From Macrostomum lignano (Eukaryota), in NCBI GenBank assembly GCA_002269645.1, contig NIVC01000991.1, positions 1 to 64,000 of the forward strand: a DNA stretch of 64,000 nucleotides, given 5' to 3'. The stretch's first letter is position 1, and every line of letters begins with the position of its first letter. The notes beneath the pieces were generated by a model. It was not told the origin of the DNA and did no database searches. It saw only the letters and a list, made by a program, of their open reading frames with translations. The translations under genes and the position numbers were made by a program. Below are positions 32,712 through 44,769 of this stretch, in pieces.

Positions 32712-34128
32712 ATGATTCGCTACGCAAACATTCCTGGCGGAGAAATATGTGGACTCTCCACGGACGAGTTGGCTTTTGTCACCCGAGAGTCGAGCACGCG
32801 CTACGTTCTGGAGATGGACAACCTGGATGCGTCGTCCAGTTCCAACGGGCTGCCTGAGCTAGGTAGCGAAGATCTGGAAATGTTGGACCGACTTGAGAGT
32901 GACTCAGTGCCGAAATCGACCGAGACGCAACGGAAGCTTCACGTGGCAAGGTTCCGACAGTTCCTCAACGAGAAGGGGCTCTGCCAGGAGTTTGAGCGTG
33001 TTCCGGATCGATTTTTGAACGATTATCTGAGGCTTTTCTATTCATCCCTTCGAAAGCAGGATGGAACTTACTATGCGCCAAAGTCTCTCATCTGTTTTCG
33101 TGCGGCTATTCAACGCCATCTGCAATCCCCGTCCGTTAATCGCCAGGTGAACATCATTACCGGAGAAGCCTTCAAGCGTTGCAATGGCGTTCTTGTCGCC
33201 ATGGTGAAAATGTACATGGAAGGACACGTAGAGAAGGTAGACAAATACGAAGCTATTTCCGAGGACGACATGCAAACAATTCGCGCATACTTTGATCGAA
33301 CGTCCCTTCGTAAACTGCAGGACGAAAACATTTTCAACGTTCTGCTCCATTTCGCACTGCGAGGCCGAGAAAATCTGAGAGAGTTGACACCTGGATGTTT
33401 TGAGATAGTGTCAGAAGGAGGTACGGAGTTTGTACGCGTCGCTGTCGCCATGCTGTCGAAAAATGTTAAAGCGTCGTTGAACGAGAAGGCATTCAAGGAT
33501 CTCAAGTTAGCACGGATGTACAGCGTGCAAGACAAAGCTGTTTGTCCCGTCGAAGCCTTTAAAATGTACGTCTCTCAACTACCGAATGGATGTGAGGTGT
33601 TGTTCCCAAGGCTCAATAAGTCTGGCTTCTCAGCCTGCCAACGACTCGGCAAAGATTCACTTGGAGATTTCATGAAGAATCTGAGTGCGTGTCTGGCTCT
33701 GCAGCGGAAGTACACCAACCATTGTGTGCGAGTAACCACGGTGAGTAAAGATTGCATGGCCTACTCACTTCAGTAAAACTGTAAGAATACTGTCTTACCC
33801 AACTGCTGAAACTTAGGTGAACTGTTTGGCCAAGGCCGGTTTCGATAATCAAGCGATTACACTAATGACGGGACACAAGAATTCGAGCTCAGTGGATGTA
33901 TACAAGCGGCGAGACATGGACTGTGTGGCCCGAATGAGCGCTTGTCTGGCTGCCTATGGGTCCAAAGTCACCAAGATTGACGACGATGCGGAATCCACCA
34001 TCGAAAGTGTGACAACTGGGTCTGATAGAGGCGAGCTGATGAAAGCACCCGAGGGCGGCCAAGACCTGCCGAGAAGCCTCTGTGGTGGTCAGTTCTACAA
34101 CTGCACATTCAACTTTTACGGAAAGTAA
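32712..34128 (+). CDS. Crypton-type (DUF3504/KCTD1-ZMYM-like) tyrosine recombinase, 2 exons (32712-33740, 33817-34128), ~446 aa
   Basis: Catalytic set R (HFALRGRE), HxxR (NHCVR), H (MTGHK) and Y (VDVY); C-terminal FYNCTF. A phase-0 GTGAG...TTAG intron at 33741-33816 joins RVTT to VNCL. Start codon uncertain. Confidence 0.85.
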
Positions 34129-34326
34129 AACAATTGATTCGATCGGTTTGTTCTTAAGAACTTTTTGTGACTATGAAACACTTTCGCCGTGTTGCTATTG
34201 TTGTTCCTTGTTTTGATAGCCAAATACATTCGTCTGAAATCCGGCAACAATCGAAAAAAGCCGACAAACAATTAAATTGTTACCGCAAGTATGAATGCCG
34301 GAAACCATAGACAAAAGGGAACAATA

Positions 34327-35625
34327 CGAGGGTGCTCTGAAAGTTTCCGGATACGTAATAATGAACCAAGTTAACAAAGTGAAACTAGTTACAACTTTTC
34401 AAAGTACTCTCCAGCAACTTGCATGCACCGATTAATTCTCTGAAAGCAGTTGGTGAAGCATTGGGACCATTCACTTTGTCCTATGGTTGCCACGGCATCG
34501 TGGTACGCTTGAACAGCCTCCACACTGGATGAAAATCGACGCCCCTTTAGCTGACTCTTAACTTTCGGGAACAAAAAAGAGTCACACGGGGCCAGGTCAG
34601 GTGAGTAGGCTGGGTGTGGCAGCAATTTTACTCCAGAATCGGTCAAGAAGTCAACAGTCAAAGCAGCCGTGTGTGCCGGGGCGTTGTCATGGTGCCACAG
34701 AAGACCACGGACTCCAGTTCCAAGACGTCGTTCGGCCCATGCGTTGAGACTTTTGGTACACAGACGTTGGTGTACCAATGTGCTGTCACCGTCTGCTGAC
34801 CCTCGAGCGCTACTGTGGCCACATAGCCCGAGCAGCTGAAGAATGCTGCGACCATCTTCTTTCCTGAACTCCTGGATCAGTTGGCCTTCTGAGAGGCATC
34901 CTCATCGGGAAAGCACCACTGCGATGATTGACACTTTGTCTTGGGGTCGAAATTGTAAATCCATGTTTCATAACCTGTTAGAATGTCAAAAACAGACCGC
35001 TGGTGTCCACTGTTGAATTTGGTGAGCATGACCCGGCACCACTCCACCCTGGCAGTCTTCTGGTCAGCAGTGAGGCAGTGGGGGATCCACCGGGCACACC
35101 TCTTTTGCACTCGAAGGTGTTGGTGCAGGATCTCATTAAGTGCCCCTGATCCAATCTCCAGGCTTGCCTCGAGCTGGCGGTAGGTGATTCGAGGATTCGA
35201 AGATAAGCCGCTCTGCCTCATTAATGTTTTGCTGGGTAACTGCGGTTGCAGGCCTGCCACAACGGGGCTCATCTTGGAGGTGCTGCCGACCGCGTCTGAA
35301 TTCCGCATACCAGTCAAAAACTGTTGTCCGCGATGGTGCAGAGTCTTGAAAACAGCTTTGAAGCCGATTTAGTGATTCTTGGGGTGATGAACCCATTTTG
35401 TAGTCTTAATAAATCATGGCTCTCAAATGCTCACGAGAGAGTTCCATGGCTGCAGTGTGTTCCTGGGTGGGGGTACGATCGAAAAATCCTAATAGCTCAA
35501 GACAGCAAACCCGTCAGGCTAAAATTGGAGGTACAAACTCAGAACATATTTTTATACCAACAAATAAACTATCTAAACCCTAAAACAAGCCATCTTGCTG
35601 CATCCGGAAACTTTCAGAGCACCCC
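34327..35625 (-). mobile_element. Mariner (Tc1/mariner DD34D) transposon, defective
   Basis: TA TSDs, TIR (CGA)GGGTGCTCTGAAAGTTTCCGGAT at both ends, ~1.3 kb. Confidence 0.92.
34389..35400 (-). pseudogene. Mariner transposase, frameshifted
   Basis: HTH (TVFDWY...EPRCGRP), WIPH, TG(Y)ETW (first catalytic D lost), HHDNAPAH, HPAYSPDLAPCD; split over several frames. Confidence 0.92.
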
Positions 35626-36263
35626 TACTCAGTAAAATCGAAAATTCGCCATCACAGAAGAAGGTTCCATCTGATGGTCGCCACTTTTGAGAGTGCAGGT
35701 AAAGTCTCTCAATCTTTGCGAGTGACGCAACTCAGCTACGCCGCGGCAGACTTGAGTTCAGGAATGAAGTGAAGGGAGCGGTGTGCGAGGGTTGGACGGA
35801 TTAAAGCTACCCCGATCAGTTTTTTCGTATCTTTTATTTCAGAATTGTCCAAGACGCTCACTGATGCATTAAGTGGCGATTTTTCTATGTTGCTGAGTAT
35901 AAATGCATTCTAAAACGAAGCTACATGTAAGCCTTCAAATAAATTTCCATACATTTCAAGCGTTGCATCCTTGAACTGTACTGCTGGTGGTTCTTAACCA
36001 GAAGAAATGACTAAGCAAACAAATAACGCCTGGTCTTGATGAAACCGAATCTAAAACTGTTAGTTAGAAACCGATAGTTACACTTAATTTGTCAGCTGGA
36101 TGGTGTACTTAAAACGAACTAGATGTACGTCAATATGTAATGTCTGACTGAAATACAGTATGCTTAAGTTCAAAGTTTATAGCTTTAATAACCTAAAATG
36201 AAGCCTCGCTAATTAGTTCGGTTTCAATCGAGCGCAGTCCAGTTCCGCAGACGAACTCTATTT

Positions 36264-37871
36264 TTACATCTTCACTTCCACCTGCATGCCTCTGGCATCC
36301 GACAAGCCACCGCGGTTGCCCTCAAACAAGCGTTGCACCTTCGGCTTGACGTACTCTTTATCCGCGTCCTTCAGCGACTCTGGCAGGTGAGCCCCCTTCG
36401 TCTCGGGCAGGAGCAGCGCCAGGAAGGCCGTCAAGAGGCTGACGGAGGCGAAGATGATAAACGGCAACGGCTTCCAGACCTCGCCGAGGATGTTGATGAG
36501 TGGAGCGAGGATGCCGCCAACCCGAGCAGCGGTGGAGGAGCTGCCCATGCCGACATTCCTCACCAGGGTGGGGAAAAGCTCTCCAGAGTAGGCCCAGCTC
36601 GTATCGAACGATGCAGTGGAAAAGAATCTGCCCGTGATGGCTAAAGCAACAACTAAAGTACCGAATTCCGGATTTCCAAGCAGAAAGGCGATGGTGAACA
36701 TGCAGGCTGATGACAGAAAGTACACGAGACTGAAGAGTAACGGTCGACCGATGATGTGAGCCGTGATGATGGAGAAGGCGGATGCTGGAACTCCGACGGC
36801 GCTGCCGAGCAGGAAGGTGAGATAGATGTTACCGGACAGGGTGCCGGTAGACAGGATGAGGCCGTAGTAAACCATGGACGAGGCGAAGAAGTTATTCCAC
36901 AGAAGCAGAGTCGGTATCCGCATGGTAGGCGAGCGGAGCAGATCGATGAGTCCAGCGTTGGGGTGGCTGCCCTGCTGGTCAATGAGGGTGCGGCACACTC
37001 GCCGCACGTCCTCATCAAAGCAGGCGGGAGGCCGACGGCAGTTGATACGGGCAATTCGCTGACAGACACGGTTGGCGTCGTCAGGTCGGTTTTTGGCGAG
37101 CAGCCAGCGAGGCGACTCTCCGAGCAGCAGGAGCAGCGGTATGGACAGGATGGCGGGGCCAGCGAGCGTGAGCTCGAGCTTCCAGTGGCTGCGGATGCCG
37201 AATGCGATGATGCTGCAGACGCAGAGCGCGATGTTCCAGCCGTTGGTTCCCAGGAGAACGGCGGTCAAGCGGTAGCGCTGCGTGACGGACTCTGCCATCA
37301 TGGCGTTGCACACGCTGAGGATGCCGCTGGAGCCGAGGCCGCAGAGGAAGCGCAACGCAGCGTACACCTCCACGGAGGGGCTGAAAGCGAGCGCGATGCC
37401 AGCGACCCACACATTGATGGTGGCGGCGCAGGCGGCTCTCAGACGGCCCCAGTGATCAGACAGAGCTCCGTAGCCCGTACTGCCAATCAGCAGGCCCAGC
37501 ATGTACAGCGTGCTGCACAGGTTCACCAGCTTCTCTCTGCTGCACACAAGCGAGAACTGCGACCTCCAACTGGACTCGAACGGGCCACTGGTGCTGTTGA
37601 ACACCCAGACGTTGCAGGCCTCGCTTCCATTAAGTCTGTAGCAACGATCGACAGCCGGTTCAGTCCAGTTGGACGCCACCTGCTGCTGCCAGGAGCTCGA
37701 CGACTCGTTGCCGGACTCGGCGCACTGGAAGTCCATTCGGCCGGCCGTGAAGACGACGGCGACCGTTTGGAACGCGGCGAAAAACTTGACGAAGGACAGG
37801 ACAATGAGGAGCAGGACCTGGTAGGGACCGCGGTCCCCGATCTCGGGTAAGATGTCGTCGAAGCGAGTCAT
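36264..37871 (-). CDS. slc22: SLC22-family organic cation/carnitine transporter (MFS), intronless, 535 aa
   Basis: N-terminal TM then Cys-containing loop, SDHWGR, ESPRWL, ELFPTLVRNVGMG, LLPETKG and ~12 hydrophobic segments. Symbol is family-level. Confidence 0.93.
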   Translation of the reverse strand: MTRFDDILPEIGDRGPYQVLLLIVLSFVKFFAAFQTVAVVFTAGRMDFQCAESGNESSSSWQQQVASNWTEPAVDRCYRLNGSEACNVWVFNSTSGPFESSWRSQFSLVCSREKLVNLCSTLYMLGLLIGSTGYGALSDHWGRLRAACAATINVWVAGIALAFSPSVEVYAALRFLCGLGSSGILSVCNAMMAESVTQRYRLTAVLLGTNGWNIALCVCSIIAFGIRSHWKLELTLAGPAILSIPLLLLLGESPRWLLAKNRPDDANRVCQRIARINCRRPPACFDEDVRRVCRTLIDQQGSHPNAGLIDLLRSPTMRIPTLLLWNNFFASSMVYYGLILSTGTLSGNIYLTFLLGSAVGVPASAFSIITAHIIGRPLLFSLVYFLSSACMFTIAFLLGNPEFGTLVVALAITGRFFSTASFDTSWAYSGELFPTLVRNVGMGSSSTAARVGGILAPLINILGEVWKPLPFIIFASVSLLTAFLALLLPETKGAHLPESLKDADKEYVKPKVQRLFEGNRGGLSDARGMQVEVKM

Positions 37872-39037
37872 TGTGCTGGTTTCCCGTTTTCTTAATTGAA
37901 TCTAGCTAGATCTTGGTGCCTTTAGCTTAGCTTTAAGCAGCGACTTTCTTATCGGGTGTCAAGTAGATTTGGTTCTGTTTTTTTCTTTGCTTATCCAAAT
38001 ATAATCTTTTTTGGCCTTGCCTGCTGCAGCACTCGACTGATTTAACGTTGAAGCTAGCAATGTTTTGTTTCCTTCTGACTATCTAGATATGAGTACGTTA
38101 GCTGTAGTATCTAAACTTTGCTGGATATATCAGGCCCAATTCTAATTCGTTCACTTTGCTCGACAAGTCAATAAACGCAGTTTAGACTTTGTTTAGGCGT
38201 GCTTAGCCAAGCCTGTGGTGCGTTTTAATCTTGATCGGAGAAAATATCTCTTTTTTGTTGATTGTTTACTTTAACAAATATTATATGCTACCGCACAACG
38301 AAAAACTATCGATTAGGTTTGAAATAACGACTTTTGCGGGTTATTTTTGCGACAAAATAATAATTACAGCAACTAACAATTTTATAATAAGCGCGAATTA
38401 GTTAGTTAAGTTAATTAGACACAACACCACAAACTATTCTGTAGCTATACTCGTAGATGGCAGGATTTCTATTGCAGAAAAGTCGCAGGTTTAGTCTAAG
38501 ATTTACTCAAAGATATAAGCCAAAAGCAGTTTCTTAAACAAATTAGTTTAAAGCGCTGCAAAACAAAAACAAACACGAATATAAATATTATTTCATTTGC
38601 TGAATTGGACAAACCAAGTTCTAGTGATGTAGCTAGCTTAATTAATAAATGTTTAAACGATGACAATAAGATTCGAGAAAAACACTAAAATACTAAGAAT
38701 AAGCGCGAAACACACTGCAGAATTTTCCATCTTGCACTTATAAGCCTGAGCCCTTACCGAAAATTAAAACCGTCGCAATTCGCCATCTCGAACGTGGACA
38801 GCTAAACGAAGCTCTGTGCTGCGGCTGCTGGGTGCATTTTTGTTAAAGCGACAGGTGCCCTGAATTAGTTCGCGTGCGATAAAACTGAGACAATAAGCGC
38901 ATTAAAACAAAGGGTTCTGTTGGGATTTTCCTTTTCATTTTCTTTGGAGAAGGGGAAAAGTTTTTTTTCAAATCCGCAACGTCTTTCGAATTCTCCTGTA
39001 TGCTCAAAGATTCTCTGTGAAACTTCAGTGCTTCCTT

Positions 39038-39395
39038 TCACTGCCTTAGCGACAAATTTAGCGGCTCGTTCGATAAGCCATTGGTCACCTGCCGGATGTT
39101 TCCCGACATCTGATCCGGGTTGGCTGCAGCTTCAGACATTGTCTTCATCATCAAGATGTTGGACAGTCGATTGTTTAACTGCCGTCCTCCAGGCGTCTCC
39201 GAAGCGCCATGTGTCGGCGGTGTCAGCCAGCGAAGCATCTCCGCCTGATGTTGCGGCTGCGGCGGTGGTGGCGGCGGCTGAGGCTGCGGCGGCGGCGGAA
39301 AGCCGAAGCCTGGTAGAAACGAGCCGCCTCCGTTTGACATCAAGCTGGCGAATACTGCGGCACCCATGGATTGCTCCATCAGTTGGGCCATTTGC

Positions 39396-39430
<35 letters not shown>

Positions 39431-40951
39431 CCACTGACGGACACGCACATTGGGACTGTCGACCATCATGTTGCTCCAACTAGCTGTAAGGTCCTGATCC
39501 GAGCCTGGCAAACTTGGTGGCATTGAATGCTTCTGCTGATGTCGCATCGGCTCTTTCTGCTGTTTAATTTTAAATCGTAGGTAAGACCATGTATCAAAGA
39601 GCGAGAGAACTGAAAGATCATTACATGGCTAAAGAAAGTGAAAAAGCGATTAGGAGATATTTGAGAATATACATATTGGCACCTTAACTTACCTTATTAA
39701 CTAGCGACTGCTGCGGTGGACTACCAGAGCTGCCGCAGCCACTTCCACTGCCGCTTCCGCTGCCTCTGCCACTGCCGCTGCTGCAGCCTCTGTCGCCGCT
39801 ACCGGTAGCACAGCTCGAGCGTAGCTCGTCGCTGGTTGAAGACAACTCAACGGTAGTGCCTGTAGCTGGTGAACCACCAGCTGCAGCACCGGAGAAGCCC
39901 GCTCTGGCGGCGTTAGCGGCTGCGGCGACGGCTGCAGCGGTGGCCGCCGATTGAAAAAGTCGACCAGCGGCAGCCATTGGACAACCGGAGAGGCTGATGC
40001 GGATCAAAAAGGCAAAAGGGGACGGGGGCAAGGGAGAGCGCACGGTGCTACTCACAGAATTATTTTTTTGAGGACAGTGCATTTCAATTGAATGCAACTC
40101 TATCATGGAAGATTCTAATCCAAATTATACTTATCTGCTATGCCTGAGCTGGGTGGAATTTGCACCTGACAGCCAGCGAGTGAAGCAAGTCTGCAGAAAT
40201 GAATCTATACAACTCTGCCAGACAGGCTGTATAACAGGAGCGAATTTAACACGAGTTTAGGTCTATCAATATAACTTGATCTATGCACGTTTGAATATAG
40301 TTTGGGTACCCATCCCTTCTATACCGCTATTTCGTGTTGTAAGAAGCCTCACCTGCGATGCGTTGACCGACTCCCGTTGGTATGCCCCTGACCGTTGCAA
40401 CCGATTGTTGGGCAGCGCAGGGTGTTTGGCCTAATACCGAGCACTGTAAGTAGGGATGAAATTAAAAACTGTCAATTATTGGTTATAAAGGTCGATAGGC
40501 TCTGATGGGACAGCAGTTGAACCATGAAAGTCCATTCAGCGACGCTATTTTGAGCTTAGCTTGAAGGAATAAGGACTTACTCTCCACTGTTCGCTTGTTC
40601 TTCCTTGGACAGCCGCTCAGACTTCGATGATGGGCGTAAAGTCCAGTCACGTGACCCGAACCGTCGCATCCGGGAGTAGGGCAGCGATTCTGCAGCTGAT
40701 GATGGTGCGACGGAGGCTGATGAAACGGACTGTAATATAACTGCTGCTGCGGCTGCTGATGGTGATAAACATTCCATCTGCCCGCCGCGTCCGATGACAT
40801 TCTTTCGTCGGCTTCCGCCATCGGAGCGTCAGCTGCAGCAACCGTCACCCTCTCAACAGTCTCCGCCTCCTCCGTCACCGCTGACGCTGCCTGCGCCGCT
40901 GCCATTGCGGCAGTCGGCGATGTCCCAAAGACAGCTCCTCTCTCACTGGAG
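39038..40951 (-). CDS. myt1: Myt1/NZF/ST18-family C2HC zinc-finger transcription factor (3' exons 40951-40581, 40443-40353, 39993-39693, 39559-39038; 5' exon not located)
   Basis: [26 protein letters not shown] and [20 protein letters not shown]|SLSGCP (second finger split by a GT-AG intron); splice phases are mutually consistent; C-terminal PLNLS motif. Confidence 0.88.
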
Positions 40952-42620
40952 CTGAAAGAATGCAGACAGGATAATAGATTACACGATGAAAAGGTCTTTA
41001 CGAAGCATTCAGTGAGTTTACTTGGACAAGGAGGAACCGTCAGCATTACTTATACACAGGTGTCTTTGAAATGTTTTAATCAAGCATTATTGTCAAACGG
41101 AATTGTTAACTACGTATTAACGAATTAAAAAACTTACACTTCTGCGGACGATGCAATCTCTGAAGCTCTAGAAATTTTCATTAGTAGATTAGATGTGCGA
41201 TGCAAGCTCAGCAGGTTGTCGTTTTGTTTGGCTCCCCTTATATCTACTAGTGATGCCCGGCGGCCGACGTCCGCGCCCAGTTCTGATTGGACTGCAGAGA
41301 AATGTCGGGATTTTTTTAAAGCAAAAAATGCTCAAAGCAAAATTGCTTGAAAAAATCACATGCGATGCGAAATGACGATTGTATCTACCAATTGGACAGA
41401 AGAAAACACAATCAAGCAATCGTCTCCGAAGCCAGCTATTTTAGGCGGCTTTGATCAACCGTAAATTATTGCGATACAGCCGATTATCTTCTTGTTGATA
41501 GCTCGCCCGTTTCCACTTGATCTTCCGAGAGTCTGTGCAGTGAAAAATCTGGGTGAAGGATCGAGTTGATCTGGAATTCTATCGACCTAAAGCATTCCCT
41601 AAAGCGCATATTAGTTGCATGTGCTATAGTAAACCTGCATAGTGCATAATCCGCCTCAGAAATGCGCTCGCCCAGACGTCTGGTGCGTCTGGCCTAATCG
41701 GCTCGTGCCGAACCTCTGAACGACTGCAGCAGGTACCCAGAGGCAGCCGGCTGTAGTCATTTAAGGCCACGAGACGCTCTTTTCGAGTCAACGGCTCGAC
41801 CTACAAGCTATGTGGATCAAAATTGCTTTGAAGTCTTACCTTAAGTAAGAATTGTCAAACTTCCACGACCAAACCTATCACAGCCAGTCTAGCTAGACGG
41901 CAGCTCTTTGCACTGCTGAGGGCCTTCGTTGGGTCATCACCAACGTTATCGAGCCGCGCTGCCTGATGCCGACAACCCAACTGCTTGCTGGCAAAAATGG
42001 CATTGTCGTTCACTAGATCATCTCCAATAGCTTCTTGGACTGTTTGACAGCTGGATGCCCCAATGGTTTCGGAGTCGATACCACTTCCAGCCCATGGGGG
42101 TTGAGTAGCTCACCGACAAACGCATCTGACTCTTGCGCCACAACCCCTAGTTTGATTTCACCATATAAAAAATTGGGGCTGTTGCGTCAGGGTGCTCACA
42201 GACTCCTGTGTATGCTATTTCTAATAATTTATAGTCGACTGCTGCATGAGCATCTCACTCGCTGGATCAGGCGTATGATCTCCCACCAGACTGTCGTCTC
42301 TAACCTCCTAGGGGCCCTATACCGTTCGTTCAGTTCAGAAAGGAGGACCGGGAGGCGGTGTCCTCCAGCCGGTTCTCTGAAACCTTGTCACTGATGTGCA
42401 GCTCCATAGCCCTGGTACAAACAACCGGCTGAATGCATGCTGTCACTGCCTCCTGGCAGACCTCTTGCAGGGTTTTCTTATTCACCACTCCGAAAGCTGG
42501 GCTCGTAGCCAGTAAAAACCATTGTGTGTAAGATTATGGCAGTCATATTCATCAGCAGAAGAAACTAGATGACCAAGCCGCTCTGTCTTCCTTTCTCCTC
42601 TCTCTGTCTGTGGGGTCTAT

Positions 42621-43098
42621 GGAGAGGCGCGTCTACACCGGGAGGGACCGGGGGGACATGTCCCCCCGTAAAAACTATGGGGGGACTTGTCAATGCTTTG
42701 TCCCCCCACCACCCCACCTTGTGACCCGTTGTGGTAACCACCAATAATTTCTCTTCAGGATGCCAAAATATAGCGCCTTCGGCGCCAAAATGAGTACTTG
42801 CGGCGCCAAAATGAGTGGCTGCGGTGCCAAAATGAGTGCCTGCGGCTCTAAAATGAGCGCCTGTGGCGCAAAAATGAATGCCTTTAGCGCCAAAATGAGT
42901 GCCTGCGGCTCTAAAATGAGCGCCTGCGGCGCCAAAATGAGTGCCTTTGGCGCCACAATGACTGCCTGCGACACCAAAATGAGCGCTGACAACACGATTC
43001 TCAAAATAATGGAAATGTAGGAATTTAGTCATGTACATGTACATGTTGAATTCTTGGCTTTGTTCCCCCCCCACTATAAAATCCATGGCGATGACCCC
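42621..43098. mobile_element. Degenerate MITE-like element containing a 21-bp tandem repeat
   Basis: G/C-run-rich ends (AGAGGCGCGTCTAC...; ...CCATGGCGATGACCCCTCTG) of the style seen in the other MITEs here; TIR match weak, no TSD found. Confidence 0.4.
42781..42990. repeat. 21-bp minisatellite GGCGCCAAAATGAGTGCCTGC, ~10 copies
   Basis: Direct inspection. Confidence 0.9.
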
Positions 43099-44769
43099 TC
43101 TGATGCGAGTTCGGATTCAGCTGATTCGTCTAGCTATTACTCAACTGCTGACGAGGCCGTTGATGAGTTTGAAGATGAGGTAGAGAACCCAGGAGTCGAA
43201 CACATTGGTGAGTAGCACATGGTTCAAGGTGACACTGATAATCGACCATCAGCCTTGCCTGAATTCCTCGGTACTCCCGGTGCACGACCTGATTGGCATT
43301 CTCCACATGCTGCGGATGGAAACGAATAAGCTTTCCTGAAGCTATTTCTGACGGATCAACTGTTTGAAGATATTAGCCGATGGACCAACGCAAAAGCTTG
43401 GAAGATCTTTCAGGAGGCAGAGACTCAGGATGCTGTACCGAAGCTGGTGTTAAACTGGCGTGATTGCTCCACTAATGAAGCTCGAAAGTTGGTGGGCATT
43501 GTGCTGCTCATGGGAGTCGACAAGAAGCCAGAAATAGCCAGCTACTGGTCAACCGACCTGATCTTTCACTTTTCCAAGCCTTTCTCTCTATTGAGACCGA
43601 TTTAAGCAGCTCCTGTCGTGTCTCCCTTTCTACGACTGCTCCGAGGCTTTAGGTGCTGGTCCATTGGCAAAGATGGAGCCCTTTCTCGATCGTGTGAGGC
43701 ACCTCTGCAGCAATAACTACATGCCCCGACAGCGACTTTCAATTGATGAGACGCTGGTGCTTTACAAAGGGAGAGTTGCTTTCAAGCAATATATCCCGTC
43801 GAAGCGAAGCGAGTATGGCATAAAGCTGTACTGTCTCTGCATAAATAGAGTTCATATTTATGGAACTTCGTCATGCACACGTCTCCTGAGGTTAATCAAC
43901 AGTTTGGTGAACGACTCGGATGTCAAGGCTTGAGTATGAGCGAGAGAGTTGTGGCAGAGCTGTGCCAGGGTCTCCTCCATCTCGGACATCATGTGTTCAC
44001 TGATAGTTGGTTTACATCACGCCGGCTGGCCGATTGGTTGCTGCAACACGATACGCTGCTGACCGGGACGGTGCGGAAGGATCGCGGCATTCCCGCTGAT
44101 TTGCAGGCTGTCAACATACACCCAACTTCATCTGCATTCACATGTTCAGGTGACCTCTAAGCGTGTAAATTTGTCGACAGGAAGCAAAGCGGCACCAAGA
44201 CCCTGTATTTGCTGGACACGGCTGGCAAGGCAGAATGCATTCAGGTTCAACGCAACCGTCGCGGTGGTCCAATGCAGGTGGTGCAAAAGCCTGCTAGCGT
44301 GCTTGCCTATTCTTCCAGTATGGGCGGGATTGACCATTTGGACGCCTCAATGCACCCGTATCTCGCGAACCGAAAGAGCATGCGCTGGTTCCACAAGCTG
44401 GGATTTCATCTTCTTGCGATGCTTGTGCGGAACTCATGGGTGATCTACCGACAGTCAGATGGCACAAAGACCTTTCTGCAGTTTCTGAGGCTGGCAATAA
44501 AGAGTCTTGTGGAGGACACTGGGGCTGCCAGGAGACGTGGACCTACACCAGGTGGTGCTGGCGCTCTTGCTATTGGCGGAGGAGATGGTGCTGACGCCCA
44601 TTCACCAAGCAAGGCTCCAAGAATCGGAGACCAGGTCCGACGACGCAAAAGATGTCGTATGTGCTATGCAGCTGGCCAGGTCAAGAAGACTATATTCGTT
44701 TGCGAAGCCTGCCCGGGAGTTCCAGCCCTTTGCCTAGGTGCCTGTTTTTCACACTGGCACTCGCACTAA
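43099..44769 (+). pseudogene. piggyBac transposase with frameshifts and stops
   Basis: Acidic N-terminus; LSIDETLV..YKGR..FKQYIPSK..YGIKLY; VFTDSWFTS; GTVRKDR; MGGIDHLD; C-terminal CRMC..CEAC..LC..CF..WH Cys-rich domain. Confidence 0.9.

Larger units (their letters stand above)
32424..34326 (+). mobile_element. Crypton-like tyrosine-recombinase DNA transposon (putative extent)
   Basis: YR gene bracketed by patchy inverted repeats: TATTGTACCCTTTTG..TTGTCTATGG..CGATTGTTGCCGGA (32424-32502) versus TCCGGCAACAATCG..CCATAGACAAAAGGGAACAATA (34240-34326). Confidence 0.55.

Noticed and set aside
36264-37871. SLC22 as a retrogene because it is intronless
   Set aside because: No poly-A tail or TSD seen, and long single exons also occur in the GT31 gene here.
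41840-42500. Upstream exons of the Myt1-like gene
   Set aside because: Candidate donor at 41839 does not give an open frame in the required phase 2.
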